Of a stretch of DNA of 64,000 nt, positions 9,648 through 19,260 are shown in pieces (position 1 is the first letter of the stretch; each line of letters opens with the position of its first letter). The notes under the pieces were generated by a model. It was not told the DNA's origin and ran no database searches. It saw nothing but the letters and a program-made list of their open reading frames with translations. Both the position numbers and the translations under genes were made by a program. Source of the stretch: Tepidisphaeraceae bacterium (GTDB lineage Bacteria; Planctomycetota; Phycisphaerae; Tepidisphaerales; Tepidisphaeraceae); contig JASGKC010000001.1 of NCBI GenBank assembly GCA_047600945.1, forward strand, positions 5,337,209 through 5,401,208, given 5' to 3'.

Positions 9648-11231
9648 TCACGGCGTCGTCTGCGTCTCGCCCGCGGCGTTGGCGGCGAGGCTGGGCGGCG
9701 AGAAGTCGCCGAACACCTTCACGTTGACCTGCGTCGTGTCCACCACCGTGAAATTCTCGGGCTCGATGTACGTGATCCGGCGGGCTTCGTCCTTGACGAC
9801 TTTGCCCTTCACGCCGACGAACTTGCCGAGCATGTCGCCTGCCGACGTGTCGGCCGTGCGGACGTAGACCACGATCCGGCCCGTGCCCGGGTCGGTCAGG
9901 CGATAGAGCGTTCCGGGGCCGAACTGGAGGCTCGAGTTCGACAGCTTGCCCAGCGCCTTGTAGCGCGTGACGGCCGACTCCGCGAATTGCTGCTGAAGTT
10001 CCTGCTCCTCGGCTTTGAGTTCACGCGCCTTCGCGTCGCTCTCTTCTTTCGCCTTGCGCGTCGCGACGAAGTCGTCACGAATTTCCTTGCGCGTCTGTAG
10101 CGTGGCCAGACGGTTCGTGCCGATCTCGCGCCACACCGGGGCCAGGTTCTGCTCTTCGAGGACCGCCTGGTAGCTGGCGATCAGTTCTTCGATCGGCTGG
10201 GCCGTGATCTCCTGCTGGCCAGCGGCCTCGTATTGCTTTTCGAGGGCCTGCATCTTCAGGCTCAGGGCGGCCGCGTTCGCGCCGGTGCCGGTCTTCGCGA
10301 CCTGGGCCGGCTTCGTGCTCGGGACGGGCGTGTCGTTGATCGGCTTGAGCGTCGTCGGCTCGACACCGGTCGGCTTGCCCGTGTCGGTGACGATCACCGG
10401 CGGCGTGTTCGTCGTGCCAGCGCCGGTCGTCGTTCCCGTCTCGGGCGTCGTCGTCCCGGTCGTGCCCGGCGTGCCACCCGGAGAGGGTGTGCTCGTGCCG
10501 TCGCTCGACACGGTGAATCGACCGCCGTCGGGCGCCGGGGTCGTGCCCGTCGTGTCGGTCGGCGTGCCCCCGGTCGCGACCGGTTCCGGCGTGGGCGCGG
10601 GAGTTGGTGTCACCGGGTCAGGCGTCTTTGGCGTGACAGGTTCCGGAGCGGTCGGCGTCGGGTTGCTCGCGATCGGCGTCGCGCTCACCGGGTCGACGAA
10701 ACGCTTGTCGACATACAGGAACACGCCCGCGGGCGGTGCGATTTTGTAGAACTCATCGACCTCGCCGAGGATCTGCACGTCCGCGCCGACATCGAGCTTC
10801 ATCGGCACCTTGTGCTTGTTCGGCGTCAGCTCCGAGCCGACGCGCACGGTGGCGGCGTTGTGCGTCACGCGGCCGACGGTGCCGTCGCCACGCTTCTCAA
10901 CCAGCGCCTGCGGCACGAGGCAGAACGAGCCTTCCGGCGGAAGCACCTTGAGCCATTCGAACCGCATGCCGACGACGGTGAGCTTGTCGCCCTTGGTGAG
11001 CCGGCGGGTGGCGTAGTCGTTTTCGCTGGGACCGGAGCGGAGCAGCGCGCCGTCGGTGTTCACCGCGCCGGCGAAGCTGTTGCTGCCGGTTTCGATGGCC
11101 GGGGTGTCGTTTTCGCCCGGCGTCGCCTGGGCAAAGCTGAGGGTGGGCGCGAACGCCCAAATGGCAACCGCGGCCGCAACGACCGAAGCGCGACGGGCAA
11201 AACGGACCGGTGGAATCGAGGACGTGGTCAT
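9648..11231 (-). CDS. Secreted protein with two SH3-like domains, Pro/Thr-rich linker and C-terminal coiled coil
   Basis: Signal peptide MTTSSIPPVRFARRASVVAAAVAIWAFAPTLSFAQA; SH3b-like GDKLTVVGMRFEWLKV and VQILGEVDEFYKIAPPAGVFLYV; low-complexity PTPAPTPEP...TGTTTP region. Confidence 0.55.
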   Translation of the reverse strand: MTTSSIPPVRFARRASVVAAAVAIWAFAPTLSFAQATPGENDTPAIETGSNSFAGAVNTDGALLRSGPSENDYATRRLTKGDKLTVVGMRFEWLKVLPPEGSFCLVPQALVEKRGDGTVGRVTHNAATVRVGSELTPNKHKVPMKLDVGADVQILGEVDEFYKIAPPAGVFLYVDKRFVDPVSATPIASNPTPTAPEPVTPKTPDPVTPTPAPTPEPVATGGTPTDTTGTTPAPDGGRFTVSSDGTSTPSPGGTPGTTGTTTPETGTTTGAGTTNTPPVIVTDTGKPTGVEPTTLKPINDTPVPSTKPAQVAKTGTGANAAALSLKMQALEKQYEAAGQQEITAQPIEELIASYQAVLEEQNLAPVWREIGTNRLATLQTRKEIRDDFVATRKAKEESDAKARELKAEEQELQQQFAESAVTRYKALGKLSNSSLQFGPGTLYRLTDPGTGRIVVYVRTADTSAGDMLGKFVGVKGKVVKDEARRITYIEPENFTVVDTTQVNVKVFGDFSPPSLAANAAGETQTTP

Positions 11232-11689
11232 GGGCGGCACCTCCATGTGCACTGCGTGACAGTCGAATTCGACCGTCGTCAGAAGCCGGCTCGGACATCC
11301 GCCGGGCACAGGATCGGGAAAACCCGACCCCTCATCAGGGCCTCTGCGGCTCGTGTTTTACGAGGTTTGGTGAAAATGTAAAGCAGAAAGCATGCGGCCG
11401 AAGCGTCGAATGAAGTCCACTTTCCTTCTGAAAGAACACCGGTTCGCGGCTTCCGCTTCCACCTGCGGTTCGGCACCTCTTTGCTCAAGTCATTGTTCGA
11501 ACAGACTTACTGGCTTGGGTGGCCACGTCGGCACGTCTGCCAGCCTTGTGCTGAGATTTCTGTTGGGCGCAGGTCCGAGTGCGTCCCTGTGCCACCTTGC
11601 CCCTGATGATGGACAGATGGGACTGGAAGCCCACGGTTAATCCCGTCCGATGTCCCACGATTCCAGCCACCGCCCCCGTGGCCGGCTCA

Positions 11690-11905
11690 CTCCTCCCGGC
11701 CCAACTCCCGGCCCGGCCGACCTCTGCCGGCCGAACGGAGTGCTGACGTGTCATTTTTCATTCGGGGACATTTTGGGACATTTGGACCGCTCCACTTCGC
11801 CGTCCCATCGGACTCCTTTCAAATTGCCAAAGAGCAACGTCAACCCAGCAGTATGACAAGCGGGTCCGGTAGGCCGTCAAGAGAATTCCTTGTGGCGGTG
11901 GGCCA
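11690..11905 (+). other. Conserved intergenic element, copy 1 (paralog of 60280-60465)
   Basis: Shares blocks CGGCCGAACGGAGTGCTGACGTG (23/23), CGGGGACATTTTGGGACATT (20/20), TTGCCAAAGAGCA (13/13) and ATGACAAGYGGGTSCGG..GGCCGTCAAG with the second copy, in the same order and orientation. Confidence 0.4.
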
Positions 11906-12010
11906 GCTGCCGAATGAACTCGCCGCGCAGTGTGACATGAGCGCCCGGCCGTTGAATACTTGTGCCCCGACAACGGCTGCCGCCTTGACCCCCGCCGACT
12001 CCGACCGACG

Positions 12011-13111
12011 ATGCCGATCATGTCGCCCGATCTCCGCCTGCTGCTCGAACTTACCGCCGTCCCGACCGCACCGTTTCATGAACACCGCGTGATGGCGTTC
12101 ATCGACGCCTTTGCACGAGTCCGACGCTCGCTGTCCATCTCCCGGGATCGCTTCGGGAACACGCTGCTCGTCCGAAAAGGCTCGGCCGGCGAGAAACGCC
12201 CGCGGCTGGTCTATGTGGCTCACCTCGACCACCCCGGCTTCATCGTCGCGGAACAACTCGACACGAAGACCATCCGTTGCGACTTCCACGGCGGTGTGCT
12301 CGCGAAGCTGATGCTCGGCGCGAAGGTGCGATTCTTCGATGGAGCGAACGAAGTCACCGGCAAAGTGATCGATGCGAAAGACGACGCCGGTCGGGCTTCG
12401 TCGGCGACCGTGCGCGTGAGCAAGCCTGTGAAACCGGGCGCGTTCGGCATGTTCGACCTGACACCCGGCAAAATCGTCGGCCAGCGGTTCCACGCCCGCG
12501 TGTGCGACGACCTGGCCGGCGCGGCGTCGGCGCTGGCGACGCTAGACGCGCTAGCGAAGTCGCCCGCCAAATGCGACGTGGCCACCCTGCTCACGCGCGG
12601 CGAGGAACAAGGCTTCATCGGCGCGATCGCCAGCGTGAACGCGAGGCCGTCGCTGCTCCGCAAGACCGATCGGCTCATCAGCATCGAGTGCAGCGCCGAG
12701 CAACCCGTCGCGAAACAGGGCGAAGGCGTCGTCCTCCGCGTGGGCGACCGCACCAGCACGTTCAACAGCGCCTTCACCCGCTTCATCGGCGACGTCGGGA
12801 CCGACCTGGCGCAGAAGGACAAGCGGTTCAAATTCCAACGCGCCCTCATGCCCGGCGGCACCTGCGAGGCAACCGTCTTCGACGCCTGGGGCTACACGAC
12901 GGCGGCTGCGTGCGTGCCGTTGGGCAACTATCACAACATGAACAAGGTGCGCGGGCGCATCGAGGCGGAGAACGTGCACCTGGGCGACTGGCAGAACATG
13001 GTAAAGCTGTTCTTGGGATTGGCCCGACGCATCCACGAATTCGACGGCTCGCACGCGGCGCTGCGCGATCGGCTGACGAAACGGTTCAAGTCGTTCGAGC
13101 AGCTGCTGTGA
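12011..13111 (+). CDS. M42 family metallopeptidase (glutamyl aminopeptidase / FrvX-like)
   Basis: FHEHRVMAFIDAF and VYVAHLDHPGFIV motifs typical of the M42/M20 aminopeptidase fold; start chosen at ATG 12011. Confidence 0.65.
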   Translation: MPIMSPDLRLLLELTAVPTAPFHEHRVMAFIDAFARVRRSLSISRDRFGNTLLVRKGSAGEKRPRLVYVAHLDHPGFIVAEQLDTKTIRCDFHGGVLAKLMLGAKVRFFDGANEVTGKVIDAKDDAGRASSATVRVSKPVKPGAFGMFDLTPGKIVGQRFHARVCDDLAGAASALATLDALAKSPAKCDVATLLTRGEEQGFIGAIASVNARPSLLRKTDRLISIECSAEQPVAKQGEGVVLRVGDRTSTFNSAFTRFIGDVGTDLAQKDKRFKFQRALMPGGTCEATVFDAWGYTTAAACVPLGNYHNMNKVRGRIEAENVHLGDWQNMVKLFLGLARRIHEFDGSHAALRDRLTKRFKSFEQLL

Positions 13112-13146
13112 TGAATGCGTTGTCAGGGCGGCTCCGAAAACAAGCA

Positions 13147-13300
13147 CGGAGCACACAGAGAGCACAGAGGTCCCAGAGAAGGGCAACAAAAAGAAGATCG
13201 GAACAGTCGAGACGCCTTCGAGTATTTTGGCTTAACGCTATCGTCTTCCCTCTTCCGTCTATTCCTCTGTGCTCTCCGTGCTCTCGGTGTCCTCTGTGAT
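13147..13300. repeat. MITE-like inverted-repeat element, copy 2 (CACAGAG arms)
   Basis: CACGGAGCACACAGAGAGCACAGAGGTCCCAGAGAAGGG ... CCCTCTTCCGTCTATTCCTCTGTGCTCTCCGTGCTCTCGGTGTCCTCTGTG; between convergent gene ends. Confidence 0.45.
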
Positions 13301-13408
13301 CATCTTCGCATCACAGCACCAGCGACTTCGTCGCAGCGTGGCGACTCACCAGTGATGCGTCTGCTTCGTCTTCAATCGCAAATCGCAAATTGAAAATCGC
13401 AAATCCGC

Positions 13409-13627
13409 TCACGCCGGGTCGTACCCTTTCCCCCCGAACGGATGACACCGCGCGATGCGTTTGATTGCTTTCCACGCGCCGACGAATGGCCCGTACTTCT
13501 TCACCGCGTCGATCGCGTACTGCGAGCAGGTCGGCTGGAAGCGGCAATGCCCGACGTACAGCCGGCCGAGCGTGGCGCGGTAGGCGAGGACTCCGAAGAT
13601 CAGCAATCGCGAGAGCAAGGCGGGCAT
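13409..13627 (-). CDS. yidD: Membrane protein insertion efficiency factor YidD
   Basis: CRFQPTCSQYAIDAVKKYG and CHPFGGKGYDP signature of YidD; ~72 aa. Confidence 0.85.
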   Translation of the reverse strand: MPALLSRLLIFGVLAYRATLGRLYVGHCRFQPTCSQYAIDAVKKYGPFVGAWKAIKRIARCHPFGGKGYDPA

Positions 13628-13643
13628 CTTACACTCTGCCGCC

Positions 13644-15005
13644 ATGGCATCCGCACCGCTGCGTGGCGTTCACTTCGATCTCAAGGGAATGCCGCCGACG
13701 TTCGAACGATTGCTCGGCTGGATCGACCTGTGTGCCAGCCTCGGCTTTCAGTTCGTGCTGATGGAGTGGGAAGACGCGTTCCCGTGGACGCTCGACGCGG
13801 GCCTGCGGTGTGAAACCGCGTACTCTGCCGATCAGGTGCAGGCGATTCACGAACATTGCCGCGAGCGTGGCCTGCAAGTGATCCCGCTCGTGCAGAGCCT
13901 GGGGCATATGGAAACGCCGCTTTCACTCGATCGCTTCGCAAGCCTGCGCGAAATCCCGTATCGCTCCAGCGGCCTGAATCCGCTCGCGCCGGGCGCACGC
14001 GACCTCGTGCTGGCAATGGTCGACGAAGTGCTCGCAGCTTCGCCCGGCGTCACCCACTTTCACCTCGGCGGCGACGAGGCCTGGACGCTCGGCCAGCACC
14101 CTGACACGGCCGCTTTCGTGAAAACGCACGGCAAGGCGCAGCTTTACTGGCAGCACGTCGAACCGCTGCTGGACCACCTGCTCGCCCGCGGCGTGCGCCC
14201 GATCCTGTGGCACGACATGATGAGTTCGTGGGAGCCGGATTTGCTCGCGAAGCTCGCCGCGAAGGCGGACCTGATGTTCTGGGTGTACGAGCGCGACCCG
14301 CTGGGATCAACGGACGATCACTTCGGCAAGCCCGCGCTCGATCGCTTCCAGCAGGCGGACGTCACACTGTGGGGCGCGGGCTGCTTCCGCGGTGCGGGCG
14401 GGTCGGATCGCGACCTGCCGAATGGCGACGTGCTCGCGTCCAACGCGCTCGCGTGGACGCGCGTGGCGTCGCAGTACGACCTGCACGGCATCGTCGCGAC
14501 CGGCTGGGCCCGCTACGCGACGCATCAGTTGCAGTGTGAGCCGTTCGATGGGGCGATGGACTCGCTGGCGCGGGTTGCATCGATCCTGCGCGACAGCGTC
14601 GATTCGGGCGTCGATCGATCCATCGAACGGCTTTCCGAATTGGGCGAGCGCGAGCGGTTCATCGCCTGTCGGGACGCGCTACGCGAACTGAGCGTCGCTC
14701 GTGACGCCGGCTGGCGCTGGTTGCGGTCGTTGCATCAGTTGCTGGTAACGATGGCCGACGACCCACGGCGACGATCCGGCTGCGTGGAGATCGAGTACGC
14801 GAAGCTGACCCGGCAGGCGATCGCCCGCTGCGAGCGGGCCGGTGAGGCGATGGCCAAGGCGTTCGACGGTATGACCGATCCGATCTGGGTGAAGCGGTAT
14901 CTACACGAACGGATCGCACCGTTGAAAGAACAATTGGCGACGCTTCAGGAACGCGGTCGATCCATCAATCCGGATGCGTGGGACGACTTCGCGCGGACCG
15001 CATGA
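13644..15005 (+). CDS. Glycoside hydrolase family 20-like protein (beta-N-acetylhexosaminidase catalytic domain)
   Basis: TIM-barrel GH20-like motifs FHLGGDEAW and ILWHDM; N-terminal region with conserved R and W residues. Confidence 0.55.
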   Translation: MASAPLRGVHFDLKGMPPTFERLLGWIDLCASLGFQFVLMEWEDAFPWTLDAGLRCETAYSADQVQAIHEHCRERGLQVIPLVQSLGHMETPLSLDRFASLREIPYRSSGLNPLAPGARDLVLAMVDEVLAASPGVTHFHLGGDEAWTLGQHPDTAAFVKTHGKAQLYWQHVEPLLDHLLARGVRPILWHDMMSSWEPDLLAKLAAKADLMFWVYERDPLGSTDDHFGKPALDRFQQADVTLWGAGCFRGAGGSDRDLPNGDVLASNALAWTRVASQYDLHGIVATGWARYATHQLQCEPFDGAMDSLARVASILRDSVDSGVDRSIERLSELGERERFIACRDALRELSVARDAGWRWLRSLHQLLVTMADDPRRRSGCVEIEYAKLTRQAIARCERAGEAMAKAFDGMTDPIWVKRYLHERIAPLKEQLATLQERGRSINPDAWDDFARTA

Positions 15006-15084
15006 CGATTCCATCGGCAGAACCGGCGAGAAACGACGCTTCGGGCTTGCTCGAGGGGCGTTCCCGGCCTATCACAGCAGGACT

Positions 15085-16146
15085 ATGAACATCGCCGTTA
15101 TGCCGGGAGATTTCGTTGGCAAGGAAGTCGTCGCCGAGGGTCTGAAGGTCCTCGAACTGTGCGCCAGCAAGTTCGGCTTCAAGTACACCACCCAGCACTA
15201 CCCCCACGGGGCCGAGCATTACCTGGCCACGAAGGAAACCCTGCCCGACGGCGCGCTGCGCGAACTGGGCAAGGCCGACGCGATCCTGTTCGGAGCCGTC
15301 GGCGCCGACCCCCGCGGCAACGCCCTCATCCCGCAGGGCCTGATTGAAACCGACATCCTCCTGAAGATGCGGTTCGAGTTCGATCAGTACATCAACCTGC
15401 GTCCGACCAAGCTCATGCCCGGCGTGCCCAGCCCCATCCACGCGACCGACATCGACATGGTGATCGTCCGCGAGAACACCGAGGGCCTGTACTGCCAGCA
15501 AGGCGGGTTTCTGTACAAGAACACGCCGCACGAGGTGGCCAACCAGATCGAAGTCTGCACCCGGCACGGCGTCGAACGCGCCATCCGCTACGCCTTCGAA
15601 TACGCCAAGGCGTTCAACCGCAAGAAGGTCACGCTGGTGGCCAAGACCAACGTGCTGCGCTACGCCCACAACCTGTGGATGCGCGCGTTCGAGGAAGTGA
15701 AGAAGGAATACCCGAGCCTCGCGACCGACTACCACCACGTCGACGCCTGCACGATGTACATGGTGACCAAGCCCAGCGTGTACGACGTGATCGTGACGAC
15801 CAACATGTTCGGCGACATCATCACCGACATCGGCGCAGCCATCCAGGGCGGCATGGGCATGGCGGCGTCGGGCAACCTGAACCCGACGAAGAAGTACGCC
15901 AGCATGTTCGAGCCCGTGCACGGCAGCGCGCCGGACATCGCCGGCAAGGGCGTGGCCAACCCGATCGCGACCTTCCTGAGCGTGGCCATGATGCTCGACT
16001 TCCTCGGCCAACCCCAGGCGGCAGTGGCTGTGAAAGACGCATGCACGGCCGTCGTGAAAGACCGCGCCAACCACACGCCGGACCTCCGCGGAAACGCGAA
16101 GACGGCGCAGGTGACGGACGCGGTGATGAAGCTGATCAAGGCGTGA
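15085..16146 (+). CDS. Isocitrate/isopropylmalate dehydrogenase family protein (LeuB/tartrate dehydrogenase-like)
   Basis: MNIAVMPGD.GKEV N-terminus, IVRENTEGLY metal/substrate motif, C-terminal NPIATFLSVAMML motif of beta-decarboxylating dehydrogenases. Confidence 0.8.
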   Translation: MNIAVMPGDFVGKEVVAEGLKVLELCASKFGFKYTTQHYPHGAEHYLATKETLPDGALRELGKADAILFGAVGADPRGNALIPQGLIETDILLKMRFEFDQYINLRPTKLMPGVPSPIHATDIDMVIVRENTEGLYCQQGGFLYKNTPHEVANQIEVCTRHGVERAIRYAFEYAKAFNRKKVTLVAKTNVLRYAHNLWMRAFEEVKKEYPSLATDYHHVDACTMYMVTKPSVYDVIVTTNMFGDIITDIGAAIQGGMGMAASGNLNPTKKYASMFEPVHGSAPDIAGKGVANPIATFLSVAMMLDFLGQPQAAVAVKDACTAVVKDRANHTPDLRGNAKTAQVTDAVMKLIKA

Positions 16147-16500
16147 ATGACGACGATCCATCCCGACGCCCAGTTTCCCTGGAATACGCGGGCCCCGGAT
16201 TAGCCGCAGGTCGTTCCGTGCGGTTTTGGCTAGCCTACGCGGTGGGCGTCTTGCTTGGGTTCCCTACAAGCTGGCTGGTCGAACTGATCGTCTGGGGGCA
16301 AACGCTTGGCCGCTGGATCGATTGCATCAAGTTGATGAGTACCGCACTCGCGGTCGGCGTATTGGTCCTCTTCCAGTCGATCGATCGGCAGCCACTGCGC
16401 CGAACCAGCCTTGCTGGCTTCTCATTCGGCCTTCTCGTTGGCGGCGTCGGAATCGATATCGTCATGAAGCTTCGCGAATACCTGCACTTCTAGATCTGTC

Positions 16501-16977
16501 ATGCCCATCCCTCCCTACATCCTCGCCCTGCGTGCCAAGGTCGGGAACGATCTGCTCTTCATGCCCGGCGTGCGGGCGATCGTGGTCAATGACCGCGGGC
16601 AGGTGCTGCTGAACCGCCGATCCGACAACGGCGAATGGTCGGCCATCGAAGGCGTGCTCGAACCGGGCGAGGAGCCGGGACAGGCGATCGTGCGCGAAGT
16701 GAAGGAAGAGACCGGCGTCGATGTCGTCGTCGAACGCCTCGTCGGCGTCACGCTGACGCCCATCGTCGAATACGCCAACGGCGACCGCACGCAGTACCTG
16801 TCGATCTGCTTTCGCTGCCGCCCGGTCGGCAACGCGACGCCCCGCGTGAACGATGATGAATCGTTCGAGGTGGCGTACATGAACCCCGACCAACTTCCGC
16901 CCGTGCGCCCGGACGTGCTGCGGAGCATTCGTTATGCACTCAGCGGACGTGTCGAAGCGGATTTCGTGATGGAGTGA
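16501..16977 (+). CDS. NUDIX hydrolase
   Basis: Nudix box GVLEPGEEPGQAIVREVKEETGV. Confidence 0.85.
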   Translation: MPIPPYILALRAKVGNDLLFMPGVRAIVVNDRGQVLLNRRSDNGEWSAIEGVLEPGEEPGQAIVREVKEETGVDVVVERLVGVTLTPIVEYANGDRTQYLSICFRCRPVGNATPRVNDDESFEVAYMNPDQLPPVRPDVLRSIRYALSGRVEADFVME

Positions 16978-17163
16978 CGTCGCGGCGCGCGTGCGAGACG
17001 GTTCGTGGGTGCTTCGCGGGATGACGCACGCACTTCCCAAAGGACGGGTGCGCTGCGCGGGGTGATTGGGGTGGCGACTTAAGTCGCCACCCGGAGAAAC
17101 GAAACACCACGCGTCCGCAAGGACTGCGTGCAGGCTTGCACCCCACCGCGTCGCACCGCGTCG

Positions 17164-17484
17164 TCAGACTTTCACGGCCACGCGTGCTGCGGGCTTGGTC
17201 TCGACGACTTTCGGGTACCGCGCATTTTCGCGGAATTGTGCCAGCGCCCAGACGGCGGCTTCCTGGTCGGTCTGACCGACCGAGGTGTGTTCGCCCCAAC
17301 TGGCGTGCACGCAGTGGAACAGCTGATTCTGCTTCAGCGTCAGTTCGAGGCCCGCGCGGGTGAAGGCGCGTTTGACGGCGTTCACGCTGGGCAGCGGCGT
17401 GCCGTCGGGGAGGAAGTCGATCTCGTTGTCATCGGGATGCCAGCCGGTCTGATACAGTCGTTCCACCGCGTACGCGATCGACAT
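17164..17484 (-). CDS. Hypothetical protein
   Basis: ORF with protein-like composition (MSIAYAVERLYQTGWHPDD...); start trimmed to ATG 17484; no family recognised. Confidence 0.3.
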   Translation of the reverse strand: MSIAYAVERLYQTGWHPDDNEIDFLPDGTPLPSVNAVKRAFTRAGLELTLKQNQLFHCVHASWGEHTSVGQTDQEAAVWALAQFRENARYPKVVETKPAARVAVKV

Positions 17485-17693
17485 AAAGAACTCCTCGTTT
17501 CTCGCTGAAAAAGCGCCAATCGGGGCTATGATTGTGCGATTGAGTTCGAGCCGTCGCAAGCGATGGGGTGTCGCAGTTAGCCACTTCCGGTTTGCGGTTT
17601 CAGCCGATAACCTAGGCCGGTTCGTCCGCCCGTCAGCAGCCGCGTGGCTTGTGCAGACCGGCTGACACCTTCACCCGGGGCCGACCGCGAACG

Positions 17694-18989
17694 ATGCCTT
17701 CACCTTCCGGCAACTTCCATCCCGCCAAGCACTTCCGCCAACGTCACCGCCAGGCGCAGCACGCGTCCGCGCATGCCGACGAGACCGCCTCGTCGCCCGT
17801 GCCGAATCTTGCCGGCATCCCGCAGGGCAAGGCCGAACTCGTCACCGACGATGCGCAGCTGACGGCGCTTGTGTCGCAGCTGGTTCAGCAAAAAAGCTTC
17901 GCCTACGACACCGAGTTCATCGGCGAGATGACCTACCGCCCGCAGCTGTGCCTGATCCAGGTGGGCACGGTCGACCGCGTCGCGCTGATCGATCCACTGG
18001 CCGGCGTTGATCTGGCGCCGTTCTGGGAACTGCTGTGCGACGCGTCGATCCGCAAGCTGGTTCACGCGGGCGACCAGGACCTGGAGCACGTCTGGCGCGC
18101 CACCGGCCGAGCGCCCGCGAACGTCCTCGACACGCAGGTCGCCGGCGGTTTCGTCGCGCTCAGCTACCCGGCCGCGCTCACAAAACTCGTCCAGGAATTC
18201 ACCGGCACGAAGCTGCACAAGGCCTTCACGTTCACCGACTGGAGCCACCGCCCGCTGAGTTCGTCGCAGCTCCGCTACGCCGCCGACGACGTGCGCTACC
18301 TGCCGCTGCTGGCGGGCAAGCTGGAAGCGATGTTGCGCGAGCGAGGCCGATACGACTGGGCGATGGCCGAGTGCGACGCGCGCTGTTTGCTCAGCAAGCC
18401 GAGCACCGACCCGCGCGAGGCGTGGCAGCGTGTGCGTGGCAACGCCTCGCTCGACGCGCGTGGCCTGCGCATCCTCCAGGAACTGGCCGCTTGGCGCGAG
18501 GACGCCGCCAAGAACGCCGATGTGCCGTCGCGCACGTTTGTCAAGGACGAAGTGCTGGTCGACCTGTCGCGGCACCCGCCGAAATCGATCGACCGAATCG
18601 CCAACATCAAGCACATGCCCCGGCCTGTCGTCGAGCATCACGGGCAGACCATTCTCGACACGATCGCCCGCGCGATCGAAGCGAAATCCGGTCCGACGCC
18701 GGCCGATTCGCAATCCGAACCACTGCTCAGCGACAAGTTCCGTCACGATTCGCTCTGGGCCGCCGCCCAGTCGATCGCGGCCGGTCAGGGGTTGGACGCG
18801 TCACTCGTCACCAGCCGGCAGGAGATCGTCGACCTCGACCGCGCGATCCAGTCGAAGCAGTCGTTCGACGACCTGCGCCTGATGAGCACCTGGCGACGGG
18901 CGGCCGTCGGGGAGAAGCTGCTGAAACTCATCGCCGGGGCGCGCGTCACGCTGAGCTGGTCGGACGATTCGCTGTCACTCGACGCCTGA
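17694..18989 (+). CDS. rnd: Ribonuclease D (3'-5' exonuclease + HRDC domain)
   Basis: DEDDy exonuclease motifs (FAYDTEF, LVHAGDQDL, YAADDV) and C-terminal HRDC-like region; start uncertain (17694 or downstream). Confidence 0.75.
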   Translation: MPSPSGNFHPAKHFRQRHRQAQHASAHADETASSPVPNLAGIPQGKAELVTDDAQLTALVSQLVQQKSFAYDTEFIGEMTYRPQLCLIQVGTVDRVALIDPLAGVDLAPFWELLCDASIRKLVHAGDQDLEHVWRATGRAPANVLDTQVAGGFVALSYPAALTKLVQEFTGTKLHKAFTFTDWSHRPLSSSQLRYAADDVRYLPLLAGKLEAMLRERGRYDWAMAECDARCLLSKPSTDPREAWQRVRGNASLDARGLRILQELAAWREDAAKNADVPSRTFVKDEVLVDLSRHPPKSIDRIANIKHMPRPVVEHHGQTILDTIARAIEAKSGPTPADSQSEPLLSDKFRHDSLWAAAQSIAAGQGLDASLVTSRQEIVDLDRAIQSKQSFDDLRLMSTWRRAAVGEKLLKLIAGARVTLSWSDDSLSLDA

Positions 18990-19013
18990 GTTGATCCCAC
19001 GCGAGACACTGCC

Positions 19014-19247
19014 ATGCCGATGTACGAATATGAGTGTGAGTCGTGCAAGAAGGGTTTCGAGAAGCTTGTCCGCGCGATGAGTTCGATGAAGGACGACAAG
19101 TCGAAGGTCGCGTGCCCGGAATGCGGTTCGACCAGGACGCATCGCAAGCACAGCATCATCGCGGCCGTCCACAGCGGCGGGAAGCCCGAACCGGCCCCCG
19201 GCGGCTGCGGCCGATGCGGCGGACCGGGGCCGTGCGCGTTCGACTGA
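19014..19247 (+). CDS. FmdB family zinc-ribbon protein
   Basis: MPMYEYECESC ... CPECGS zinc-ribbon pairs characteristic of the FmdB/CxxC_CxxC_SSSS family. Confidence 0.75.
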   Translation: MPMYEYECESCKKGFEKLVRAMSSMKDDKSKVACPECGSTRTHRKHSIIAAVHSGGKPEPAPGGCGRCGGPGPCAFD

Positions 19248-19260
19248 CCTACAGTCCGGC

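Noticed and set aside
11748-12092. 114-aa ORF overlapping conserved element copy 1 (and 60393-60617 ORF over copy 2) as a conserved small protein
   Set aside because: The two ORFs share only the first ~12 codons (MTSG(S/C)G(R/W)PSR...). Nucleotide differences are not biased to synonymous positions and downstream sequences are unrelated, so conservation is at the DNA level, not protein level.
16150-16493. Possible small membrane protein after the dehydrogenase gene
   Set aside because: Hydrophobic segments (LAYAVGVLLGFPTSWLVELIVWG; STALAVGVLVLFQSI) are present but no clean start codon or family signature; left uncalled.
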